DNA from: an uncultured delta proteobacterium
GTDB taxonomy: Bacteria; Desulfobacterota; Binatia; Binatales; Binataceae
DNA length: 64,000 nucleotides
NCBI GenBank assembly: GCA_963842085.1
Contig: CAWJET010000001.1
Location: 1,408,001 to 1,472,000 of the forward strand
Direction of reading: 5' to 3'
The translations under genes were made by a program, and so were the position numbers. The notes below the pieces were generated by a model, which was not told the origin of the DNA, searched no databases, and saw nothing but the letters and a program-made list of their open reading frames with translations. Shown in pieces: positions 42,897 through 53,766 of the stretch. How positions within the stretch are numbered: position 1 is the first letter of the stretch; every line of letters starts with the position of its first letter.

Positions 42897-43603
42897 TGAA
42901 CGCGGAAAGATTTCATGAGAGCGAGCACCGTTCCGTGATAAACGACCAGCCTCAAGCCGATTTGCAACTAACTCTTGACCTGTTGAAGGGTCTCGTTCCC
43001 AATGGCCCGACCGATCCCATCGCATACTACAGGCGTCCGCTGATCGGGCGATTCTTTCGCGGGCGAATCAATCTCGGTTTGCGGATGATAGCCGATCGCC
43101 GCTACCCCAAGGCGCTTGAGGTCGGCTATGGAGCGGGCGCGGTATTGCTCGCCATCGCTGCAAGCGTGGACGAGCTGCACGGCATCGACCTCGACGCCGA
43201 CCCGGCCCCCGTCCAGGCGTGGCTCGGCGCATACGGGCGTACCGCCAAGCTCGTCCAAGGCAGTGTGTATGAACTGCCGTACGAGACGGCGGAGTTCGAC
43301 CTCGTGCTCAGCTTCTCGGTCTTCGAGCACTTGCATCGCTACGAGCAGGGGCTCAGCGAGATTGGACGCGTCCTCAAGCCGGGCGGCCGTTTTCTTCTCG
43401 GCATGCCGGCGGTGAACCCGATGATGGAATTGGGCTTTCGGATAATTGGATTCAAGGGCATCGAGGATCATCACATCACCACGCCGCGGGCCGCGGCCAG
43501 CGCCTTCGATCGCGCCGGCTTGCGGGTCATCCGCCATGCGCGGCTGCGGCTGATTCCCGGATTGCCACTATATTTCAACTGGTTGCTCGAAAAGGCCGCG
43601 TGA
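42896..43603 (+). CDS. Class I SAM-dependent methyltransferase
   Basis: LEVGYGAG, LPY..AEFDLV, FEHL, RVLKPGG. Confidence 0.9.
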   Translation: MNAERFHESEHRSVINDQPQADLQLTLDLLKGLVPNGPTDPIAYYRRPLIGRFFRGRINLGLRMIADRRYPKALEVGYGAGAVLLAIAASVDELHGIDLDADPAPVQAWLGAYGRTAKLVQGSVYELPYETAEFDLVLSFSVFEHLHRYEQGLSEIGRVLKPGGRFLLGMPAVNPMMELGFRIIGFKGIEDHHITTPRAAASAFDRAGLRVIRHARLRLIPGLPLYFNWLLEKAA

Positions 43604-43636
43604 TCTTCACATCTCTCGATGCGGCTCATCCCTCGG

Positions 43637-45624
<1,988 letters not shown>

Positions 45625-45678
45625 CGGCCAGCCTGCGGCTGACCGCCTCAGGCTGGCCGATCGAATTAGCGAGTGCTG

Positions 45679-46041
45679 CTATTCGCCGGGACGCGGCGGA
45701 ATCGCAACGTAGTTGCCGGGATTGGCCGCCATCGCTTCGCGAATGTCCGGATGCGCCGAGAAGAAGTCGGCAAGTTCCGGATGCTTCTTCGCGTAGCCGT
45801 CGTTATTGATCAGCGATGGTTTGTAGGCGAGTTCGCGCGCGATCTTCGGATGCGCGCTCGCGAAGGCGCCCCAAGTCTGAAGCTTTTGCATGGCGATGTC
45901 GCTGGTGTCGGCGGCCTTGAACACGATCTCCGTATTTCCGTTGGCGACAGTGCCCAGCGTCGTTCCATTCTGCGCGAATGATGGAACGGCGAAAGCGACG
46001 GGAAGCGCAGCTGCGATCAACAGAGTCGATATCCGATTCAT
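45679..46041 (-). CDS. Small secreted hypothetical protein with HP repeats
   Basis: Signal peptide ...PSFA|Q; SD GAGGTG; repeated aromatic-xxx-HP motif. Confidence 0.75.
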   Translation of the reverse strand: MNRISTLLIAAALPVAFAVPSFAQNGTTLGTVANGNTEIVFKAADTSDIAMQKLQTWGAFASAHPKIARELAYKPSLINNDGYAKKHPELADFFSAHPDIREAMAANPGNYVAIPPRPGE

Positions 46042-46182
46042 ATTTTCACCTCTTTTCGCTTATCTTGGTAATCGGTAAGCCCAATACTAAGTGTGGAGGC
46101 AAATCTCATACCGGGTATATTTCCCTGTATTTGTGATACCTCATTCGGCTACCTTGGAGTGCGGACGTGCATTACTTACACA

Positions 46183-46878
46183 CTATTCAGTTTTTGCCTG
46201 ATCTTCGCCCATTGGGCTTATGGGGGATACTTCCGCGTGCTTTTTGGAATAGTTCAGCTTCGGCGGTGCGGCGGCGCCGCCCGACATGATGAAGGTCATC
46301 GCTTCGTTGATTGTCCAATCGAGCATCACAAGGCGGCTGGTCGGGACCAATTCCATGTAGCCTGAGGTTGGGTTGGGCGTGGTCGGGACGTAAACGGCGG
46401 CGATTTCCTCGCCGGTGTCGGCGTCGTTGAAAATCCTGGTCACAAGGCCGATGGTTTTCATTTCCGGCGAAGGAAATTCGATCAGCACCACGCGCTGGGC
46501 GCCGTCGGGGCCCGTCTGAAAACTCGTGACGAGTTGCCGCGCGGCGCCGTAGATCGATTGTACAATCGGGATTCGCGCCATCAGGTAGTCAAACGCGGCG
46601 ATCAATCGTCGTCCGGCGACGGCGGTCGCAATCTCGCCGAGAACGTACAGGGCTGCGAGGGCGAGCGCGACCGAGACCGTCGCTTGAAACCACTGCGCCG
46701 AAAATCCCGCGGCGAGGGTCGGCGAATGAATTCGCAGCCAGGATAGGCACGCACTGACTGGCGGACTGCCGAGGGCGACCAGGAGCCCGACCATGAAACT
46801 GATCACCCATACGGTGATCCAGATGGGAATGAAAGTCAGGATTCCCGCCACGACATTGTGACGGATCTTTGTGAGCAT
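46183..46878 (-). CDS. DUF502 domain membrane protein
   Basis: AGILTFIPIWIT, RIPIVQSIY, VLIEFP, VYVPTTPNPTSG. Confidence 0.9.
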   Translation of the reverse strand: MLTKIRHNVVAGILTFIPIWITVWVISFMVGLLVALGSPPVSACLSWLRIHSPTLAAGFSAQWFQATVSVALALAALYVLGEIATAVAGRRLIAAFDYLMARIPIVQSIYGAARQLVTSFQTGPDGAQRVVLIEFPSPEMKTIGLVTRIFNDADTGEEIAAVYVPTTPNPTSGYMELVPTSRLVMLDWTINEAMTFIMSGGAAAPPKLNYSKKHAEVSPISPMGEDQAKTE

Positions 46879-46886
46879 CGTGCTGT

Positions 46887-47510
46887 TTATCCTCCAACGC
46901 GCGCGAGTTTGGTCGTGCGGCGGCGCAGCGTGATTGCAGCGAACACCGTTACCGCAACCGCTAGTATGGCGAGCGCCACAAGCATCCAGAAGTACGCTTC
47001 GACCTCGGTTCCGAACACTGCCGCCAACGCCAGCACGGCGCTGACCCAGTAGAAGCTGCGGTCCATGTGCACGCCTGCCATGAAACAGGTCACGGCGAGA
47101 ATCACCAATGTCATCAGGGCAACTGCGTCGGCGTCCATCTGTCCGCGCGCGAGTTGCAGAAAAATTATCCGCACCGCGACGATCGGTCCGAGCCAGTGTA
47201 GCGCTTGCCGCAAGATCCGCTTCCACACCGGTCCTTCGTGGCGACTTGGCCCGAGCAGTTCGTGCCAGAGGCTCACGCCGAGGAAGACCGGGAACATCGC
47301 GCTCCAGTAAAACCGCGCCTCGAGGTGATTCACGTTGGTCAGGAACAGACCGACCATCACGAGCACGCATAGCACGCCGACGATTAGCAGCCGTCGCAGC
47401 AGCACCGCTTCGATCCTGCTCGTCCACGCCGGCGCCGGTGGCGTCGCGATCGTTGGCTGATCGGGCGGACTCTGCGCAATGTCTTTTGATTCCGTTTCGT
47501 TCACCGTCAT
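46887..47510 (-). CDS. Hypothetical multi-pass membrane protein
   Basis: About 6 hydrophobic segments; co-oriented and close to the DUF502 gene. Confidence 0.75.
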   Translation of the reverse strand: MTVNETESKDIAQSPPDQPTIATPPAPAWTSRIEAVLLRRLLIVGVLCVLVMVGLFLTNVNHLEARFYWSAMFPVFLGVSLWHELLGPSRHEGPVWKRILRQALHWLGPIVAVRIIFLQLARGQMDADAVALMTLVILAVTCFMAGVHMDRSFYWVSAVLALAAVFGTEVEAYFWMLVALAILAVAVTVFAAITLRRRTTKLARVGG

Positions 47511-47582
47511 ACCCTGATGACTCTAATGTCGATCGCGATCGGGCAGCCAGCAGACCAACATGCGGTGCGGGGCGACATCCCG

Positions 47583-50500
47583 TCACCAGGTATCGACGTT
47601 GGGCCGCTTCTTGTCGGCGCGCGGCGCCTTGGGCGGCGTCGAGCGCAGACCCGCCACGATCCACTTGCGCGAGTCGAGCGGATCGATGACGTCGTCGATC
47701 TCGAAGTGCGACGCGGTGTTGACCGCCTTACCGTGGCGATACATTCGCTCCACCATCTCGTCGAACAATTCCTTGCGCTTGGCGGGATCCTCGACCGCGG
47801 CAAGCTCGTTGCGATAGCCGAGCTTCACCGCGCCCTCCAGTCCCATGCCGCCGAACTCGCCCGTCGGCCATGCGACCGTGAAAATCGGCGCCTTGAAACT
47901 GCCGCCCGCCATCGCCTGCGCGCCCAATCCGTAGCCCTTGCGCAGTATGATCGTAAAAAATGGGACGCTGACGTTGGCGCCCGTCACGAACATCCGCGCC
48001 GCGTGACGCACCAGTGCGGTCTTCTCGACCTCGGGGCCGACCATGATGCCCGGGGTGTCGCACAGGAACAGCAGCGGGATGTCAAACGCGTCGCACAGCG
48101 CCATGAACCGCGCGGCCTTGTCGGCGCCGTTGCTGTCGATTGCGCCCGCGAGATGCACCGGGTTGTTGGCGATGAGTCCGACCGGACGGCCTTCGATCCT
48201 GATCAGCGCCGTCACCATTCCGGGGCCGAAATGCCGGCGTATCTCGAGCACCGAGCCGGTGTCGGCCAGGGTCTCGATGACCGATCGGACGTCGTAGATG
48301 CGAAGCCGATTCTCGGGAATGATCGTGCGCAGCAGACGCTGGTCGGCGCATTCCCAGTCGCGGACTTCGCCCTGAAAGTACGATAGGTACTTCTTGGCCA
48401 CTAGTACTGCTTCAGCTTCGTCGTTAACGGGAATGTCTACCACGCCATTAGCTACTTGCACGTCCATCGGTCCCACTTCTTCGGGGCGGAAGATACCCAG
48501 TCCGCCGCCTTCGATCATCGCGGGACCGCCCATTCCGATGTTGGATCCCTTGGTCGCGATTACTACATCGCAACATCCAAGCAATGCTGCATTGCCGGCG
48601 AAGCAGCGGCCCGAGTTGATACCCACCAGCGGGACCAAGCCGCTCAACTTTCCCCAGTAGTTGAACGCCATGCAGTCGAGTCCCGCGACGCCCAGCCCGT
48701 CGGTGTCGCCGGGACGTCCGCCGCCGCCCTCGGTGAAGAACACCACCGGCAAGCGCGACTTCTGCGCGATTTCGAACATCCGGTCTTTCTTGCGATGGTT
48801 CTGCTGCCCCTGGGTGCCGGCCAGCACGGTGTAGTCGTATGACATCAGGATGCACTGCGCTTTGGATTCCTCGAACAGGTCGCCGTTGACGCGCCCAATC
48901 CCCGCGACCATCCCGTCAGCCGGGGTATTCTTGATCAGGTCCTCAATCGTGCGCCGCCGCCGCTGCGCCGCGATCACCAGCGGACCGTACTCGACGAACG
49001 TGCCCGGGTCGCACAGGTCGTTGATATTTTCGCGCGTGGTGCGCTGCCCGGTCTTGCGCCGGCGCGCGACCGCGTCGGGCCGCGCGGCGTCGAGTCCGAG
49101 CGCATGACGCTCGACCACTTCCGCCAGGTCGGGACGCACGCGATCCAGGTCCACTTCCCTGGTTTCGGCGCTTTGCGTCGTTTCGACGTCGGCTTCCTCG
49201 ATGAACGCCAGCGGATGTCCTTCGAAGATTGCGTCGCCCGTGGCAACCGTGATCCGCCGCACGATTCCGCTCTTGTCGGCCGCGATGACGTGCTCCATTT
49301 TCATCGCTTCCATGACGAACAGTTGCCGCCCGCGATGCACGCGGTCGCCTTCGCTGACATCGATCGAAACGATCGTGCCCTGCATCGGAGCCTCGATGGC
49401 GACCGTATTTTCCGGCGCCGTGATGTCGTGCGCCTGCGGCGTCACGACCGTGGTGGACGCCGCAATTGGCGACGGCGCATTGCTCGCGGATTTGCCGTGA
49501 TGGAGCACGGCGAGCGGATCGCTCGCGTCGATCTTTGCTCCCGCGCGCCGTTCTCCGCCATGCCCGGTGCCCGCTCTGGGAGCCGGCTTTGGCTGATCGA
49601 AGAACAAACGCCGATGCTCGGATTTTTCACCGACCAGCTCCGCGATATTGTCCTCGACGAAGCGCGTGTGAATGCGGTTGGCGAGGAACTCCGGATGCCG
49701 CAGCAGGCTCTGGAGGAATCCGATATTTGTCGGCACGCCTTCAATTCTGAACTCGCATAGCGCGCGATAGGTCTTCGTCACCACGTCGGCGAAGTCCGCC
49801 GAATGCGAATGCGCGATCAGCTTGGCCAGCAGCGAATCGAAGTTCGGGCTCGTCGTGTATCCCGTGTACGCGAACGAATCGGTGCGCACCCGCGGTCCCG
49901 ACGGCGCCTCGAACGCGGTGATCGTGCCGCCCGCCGGCTTCGCGCTGCCGTCGGCGCGCATCGATTCCATGTTGATTCGCACCTGCATCGCGAACCCGCG
50001 CGGCTTGGGAATGTCCGCCTGTTGCATCCCAAGCTCCGCGAGCGAGCGGCCCGCAGCCAGTTGAATTTGCAGCTTGACGAGATCGATGCCGGTCACCTCT
50101 TCCGTGACCGTGTGCTCGACCTGGAGCCGCGGGTTGGCCTCGATGAAGGCGAAGCCCGCCTCGTCGTTCTGCGCGGGCGCGTCGCCGTTGACGAGAAACT
50201 CGAACGTGCCGAGGTTGTCGTAACGCACCTCCTTCGCCATCCGTACCGCGGCGGCGGTCAGCCGATCGCGGAGCGCCGGCGCGAGCCCCGGGCTCGGCGC
50301 CATCTCCACGATCTTCTGATTGCGGCGCTGGATGCTGCATTCGCGTTCCCACAGATGGCTGACGTTGCCCGAGACGTCGCCAATGATCTGCACTTCTATG
50401 TGACGCGCGCGCGGCATCAACTGCTCAACGTACACGTCGCCGTTTCCGAACGACGTGCGCGCCTCCGACTGGCAGCGCTTATATGCGCCCTCGATTTCCT

Positions 50501-51026
50501 CGACGCGCGAGACGGCGCGCATCCCACGTCCACCGCCACCGGCCACCGCTTTGATCATGATCGAAGCGCCCTCGCCCAGCGACAAAAAAAAGCGCCGCGC
50601 TTCGTCGAGGCTCGTCGGCCCCGAGGTACCGCGCAGAATCGGCACGCCGCATCGCTCGGCCAACGCTCTCGCCTGCACCTTGTTGCCGAAGAGCTCGAGC
50701 ATCTCGGCGCGCGGTCCGACGAAAGTGATACCCGCGGCGACGCATCGCCGGGCGAAGCCGGCGTTCTCGCTGAGAAACCCGTAGCCGGGATGGATCGCGT
50801 CGCAGCCCGCGTCTGTGGCGAGCGCAATAATCTGTTCTCCGTCGAGGTACGCGGCCGCGCCCACGCCGCTTAGACGGCGGGCCTCGTCGGCCTTTCGCGT
50901 ATGCAGCGAGGTGGCATCGTCGTCCGGGAAGACCGCCACCGTCCGGATGCCCATCTCGGCGGCCGCGCGGATGATGCGAATGGCGATCTCGCCGCGGTTG
51001 GCGATTAGAAGACTGTTCGGAGTCAT
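47583..51026 (-). CDS. Single-chain biotin-dependent acyl-CoA carboxylase (BC-BCCP-CT fusion)
   Basis: IANRGEIA, HPGYGFLSEN, GGGGRGMR, RLQVEH, EAMKM biotin site, YTVLAGTQG, DTPG, RKGYGLG. Confidence 0.95.
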   Translation of the reverse strand: MTPNSLLIANRGEIAIRIIRAAAEMGIRTVAVFPDDDATSLHTRKADEARRLSGVGAAAYLDGEQIIALATDAGCDAIHPGYGFLSENAGFARRCVAAGITFVGPRAEMLELFGNKVQARALAERCGVPILRGTSGPTSLDEARRFFLSLGEGASIMIKAVAGGGGRGMRAVSRVEEIEGAYKRCQSEARTSFGNGDVYVEQLMPRARHIEVQIIGDVSGNVSHLWERECSIQRRNQKIVEMAPSPGLAPALRDRLTAAAVRMAKEVRYDNLGTFEFLVNGDAPAQNDEAGFAFIEANPRLQVEHTVTEEVTGIDLVKLQIQLAAGRSLAELGMQQADIPKPRGFAMQVRINMESMRADGSAKPAGGTITAFEAPSGPRVRTDSFAYTGYTTSPNFDSLLAKLIAHSHSADFADVVTKTYRALCEFRIEGVPTNIGFLQSLLRHPEFLANRIHTRFVEDNIAELVGEKSEHRRLFFDQPKPAPRAGTGHGGERRAGAKIDASDPLAVLHHGKSASNAPSPIAASTTVVTPQAHDITAPENTVAIEAPMQGTIVSIDVSEGDRVHRGRQLFVMEAMKMEHVIAADKSGIVRRITVATGDAIFEGHPLAFIEEADVETTQSAETREVDLDRVRPDLAEVVERHALGLDAARPDAVARRRKTGQRTTRENINDLCDPGTFVEYGPLVIAAQRRRRTIEDLIKNTPADGMVAGIGRVNGDLFEESKAQCILMSYDYTVLAGTQGQQNHRKKDRMFEIAQKSRLPVVFFTEGGGGRPGDTDGLGVAGLDCMAFNYWGKLSGLVPLVGINSGRCFAGNAALLGCCDVVIATKGSNIGMGGPAMIEGGGLGIFRPEEVGPMDVQVANGVVDIPVNDEAEAVLVAKKYLSYFQGEVRDWECADQRLLRTIIPENRLRIYDVRSVIETLADTGSVLEIRRHFGPGMVTALIRIEGRPVGLIANNPVHLAGAIDSNGADKAARFMALCDAFDIPLLFLCDTPGIMVGPEVEKTALVRHAARMFVTGANVSVPFFTIILRKGYGLGAQAMAGGSFKAPIFTVAWPTGEFGGMGLEGAVKLGYRNELAAVEDPAKRKELFDEMVERMYRHGKAVNTASHFEIDDVIDPLDSRKWIVAGLRSTPPKAPRADKKRPNVDTW

Positions 51027-51163
51027 ATTTCTCTCGTCTCGTTTCAGTGCGCTGAATCCCTGGCCTGAATTTCTATCTAAAGCATGACGAACCGCCCGCG
51101 CGAAAGCGGCCACGTTGCCGCCGGTGTCGAAGCACAGCTATAGTTCTCGACGACTCTGATCGT

Positions 51164-52054
51164 ATGCGATTCCGCATCAAACACGTAACTCGGTACGTTT
51201 ACGAACAGCCCGCCTCTCATTCGCACAACGACGTGCGGCTCACTCCCATCGACGCGCCCGATCAGAAGCGGCTCGCCTTCAGGCTCGAGGTCAGTCCGCG
51301 GGCGGAGATCTCCGAGTATCGAGACTCTTTCGGCAATCTCACGCATTCAATCGATATCGTGCCGCCTCATACCGAGCTGGTAATCAGCTCGGATTCGCTG
51401 GTCGAGCGGCTGGTGCTGCCCGCGCCACCGCCGCCTCGAATCACGGTTGGCGATTATCTGGCCGGCGATACGGCCAGGATGCGGGAGCACGGAGAATTTC
51501 TGAATCCCAGCCGGTATGTACCGTTCAGCGATCGGCTGCGAAGATTTTTCTGGTCGGTGCGGCCACAACTGTCCGAGGATATCGCCGGGTATACCGAGCG
51601 CATGATCCTTTACGTGCGCAATCAATTTGGCTACGACGGCGGCGCCACTCACGTACACTCCACCGTTGACGACATACTCACCATGGGCGGCGGAGTATGC
51701 CAGGATTTTGCGCACCTCAGCATAGGCCTGCTCCGACTGGCCGGCATTCCTGCCCGCTACGTTTCCGGCTATCTCGCCCCTGACCCTCACCGCAGCGCCA
51801 GCTCTGGACCTCCTGAACTGGCCAGCCACGCGTGGATCGAGGCGCTATTGCCCGGCACAGGATGGACCGGATTCGATCCGACTCATCGGAGCCGCACGAT
51901 GATTCGCCACATACGCCTCGCTGTCGGCAGGGATTACAACGATCTACCGCCGGTATCTGGCGTCTATACCAGCGCCGGTGGCGGCCGGTACATGGCCTAC
52001 GAGTTAGAAGTGAGTCTCGCGAGCCGCGTTGGCGCCGACGCGTTGAATGGATAG
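51164..52054 (+). CDS. Transglutaminase-like protein (Bact_transglu_N + core)
   Basis: IKHVTRYVY, DSFGN, GVCQDFAH, PARYVSGY, SHAW, FDPT, GRDYND. Confidence 0.93.
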   Translation: MRFRIKHVTRYVYEQPASHSHNDVRLTPIDAPDQKRLAFRLEVSPRAEISEYRDSFGNLTHSIDIVPPHTELVISSDSLVERLVLPAPPPPRITVGDYLAGDTARMREHGEFLNPSRYVPFSDRLRRFFWSVRPQLSEDIAGYTERMILYVRNQFGYDGGATHVHSTVDDILTMGGGVCQDFAHLSIGLLRLAGIPARYVSGYLAPDPHRSASSGPPELASHAWIEALLPGTGWTGFDPTHRSRTMIRHIRLAVGRDYNDLPPVSGVYTSAGGGRYMAYELEVSLASRVGADALNG

Positions 52055-52072
52055 GCGCGCAGCGGCGGCGCC

Positions 52073-52951
52073 TTACGACTTGATTTCCTCGGCACCGTCC
52101 AATCGCTTCGAGAGATCGATTGGATCGCCCACTGTCACCTGGCTTGGATCGACCTGGTAGGCCCATACATCGAACCTGGTCAGGAGGGCGGGTCCGTACA
52201 CTGTTGCAAAGGCGCACTCGACCGCGTCGAGACCTTGCGCGATCTTTATTCGGCCTATCCTGGGTTCGTTGTAGCGAGCGTCAAAGACATGCCATTGGCC
52301 GCCTAGATACACTTCGCTGTAGGCGTGAAAATCCATCGGCGAACCGGGATCTACATGTCCTATGTCGGGCAGATGACCGGTGACGTATCGCGCCGGTATG
52401 TTTAAGGCTCGACACAGCGCAATCGTGCAATGAGCAAAGTCGCGGCATACACCATAGCCTCGTTCGATCACTTGCGCGGCGGAAATGTCCGGCCTCCCCG
52501 AACCAAAGCGGTATTCTATGTTGTTATGAACCCAATCTGAGATCGCCTGCACGCGCTCGCCCGCGTCGTATATGGATCCGAACTTATCCCTCGCAAACGC
52601 AAACAGCTTGTCTGAGTCGCAATATCGGCTAGGTAGAAGGTAACGCAGAAACGCCGGCTCGAGCGTGGCCACGGACGGAGCGTTGCCGAATTGCTCGGAC
52701 TTGTCCGATGCGGTGGACACGTCTACCAGCGCGTCGTGCTGAATCCGGTTCAGTCCAGTTCCGAGAATCACCCGGTAGGCGACGTTGCCGTCTGCGTCGA
52801 CGAACGATTCGGACTTGGTAGTGCTGCCGAAATCGAGAATTTCCTGCCGTATGGGACGGTCGGCATCCAGGCGCGGATTGACCAACAGTATAACCGTCGC
52901 AGACGATTCGCATTCAAAGTGAATACTGCAACCGACCCGCACCGTAAGCAT
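52073..52951 (-). CDS. Transglutaminase-like protein
   Basis: YLLPSRYC, GVCRDFAH, PARYVTG, DFHAY, FDARYN. Confidence 0.93.
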   Translation of the reverse strand: MLTVRVGCSIHFECESSATVILLVNPRLDADRPIRQEILDFGSTTKSESFVDADGNVAYRVILGTGLNRIQHDALVDVSTASDKSEQFGNAPSVATLEPAFLRYLLPSRYCDSDKLFAFARDKFGSIYDAGERVQAISDWVHNNIEYRFGSGRPDISAAQVIERGYGVCRDFAHCTIALCRALNIPARYVTGHLPDIGHVDPGSPMDFHAYSEVYLGGQWHVFDARYNEPRIGRIKIAQGLDAVECAFATVYGPALLTRFDVWAYQVDPSQVTVGDPIDLSKRLDGAEEIKS

Positions 52952-52980
52952 CCGGCACCTGCAAAACACAACGCGAATAG

Positions 52981-53604
52981 CTAGCCGCCATTGCGGACGC
53001 GATCGAAGAATTCCGCGAACAACGAAAGATAAAGCGAATCTCGTTCCGGATGATATTGCACCCCGATGGCGTAAGGGTACGAACGTAGGCGCGCTTGTTC
53101 GACTATTCCGTCGCTCGCCGACCAGGCCTCAACTTCAATTCCGTCGGCCAACCTCTCGAGTGCCTGATGATGCGAGCTGTTTACCGCCGCGAATCGGTGA
53201 ACTGCCGTCGCGCTGTGCCTGAGCGGCTGGATGTTCGCCGTGTCCGCGTTGTCATGGCCGGGAATGTCGATGTGCAAGGTCCCGCCCGTCGCGACATTCA
53301 GCACCTGCAAGCCGCGGCAGATAGCAAGGATGGGCTTTCCTGAAAAGAGCATCTCGCCGACCGCCTTGAACTCCCACTCATCGCGCTCCAGGTCGGTGTC
53401 GACAATCAATGACGGTTCCGCGACCGGCTGGCGCAGAAAGCCGGCTGAGATGTCGCCGCCGCCCGTCAACATCAACGCATCCACCTGGCCCAGATCGACC
53501 GGATGCGTCCGCGCGTTCAGCAACGTCAGATGCGGATAACGGCTGAATATAAGCGCGAACCAATGTTCGTCGCATTGGCGAATCCACGTCGCGATACTCG
53601 GCAT
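52981..53604 (-). CDS. Peptidase C26 / gamma-glutamyl-GABA hydrolase-like class I glutamine amidotransferase
   Basis: LTGGGD, RDEWE, AICRGLQ, VNSSHHQ, GVQYHPE. Confidence 0.9.
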   Translation of the reverse strand: MPSIATWIRQCDEHWFALIFSRYPHLTLLNARTHPVDLGQVDALMLTGGGDISAGFLRQPVAEPSLIVDTDLERDEWEFKAVGEMLFSGKPILAICRGLQVLNVATGGTLHIDIPGHDNADTANIQPLRHSATAVHRFAAVNSSHHQALERLADGIEVEAWSASDGIVEQARLRSYPYAIGVQYHPERDSLYLSLFAEFFDRVRNGG

Positions 53605-53766
53605 TTCTAACCTGTCCGGAAAACTTCGATCATAGCCTCGACGACGACAAACGCCCGCTCTTGAGACTACGGATGACTCGCGATTGTCGCAAATTCACCG
53701 CGGCTCCGCTCTTGCGACGAATCGGCGCGCCACCTATTTACAGTGTCACCGCGAGGGGCGGTGAGC

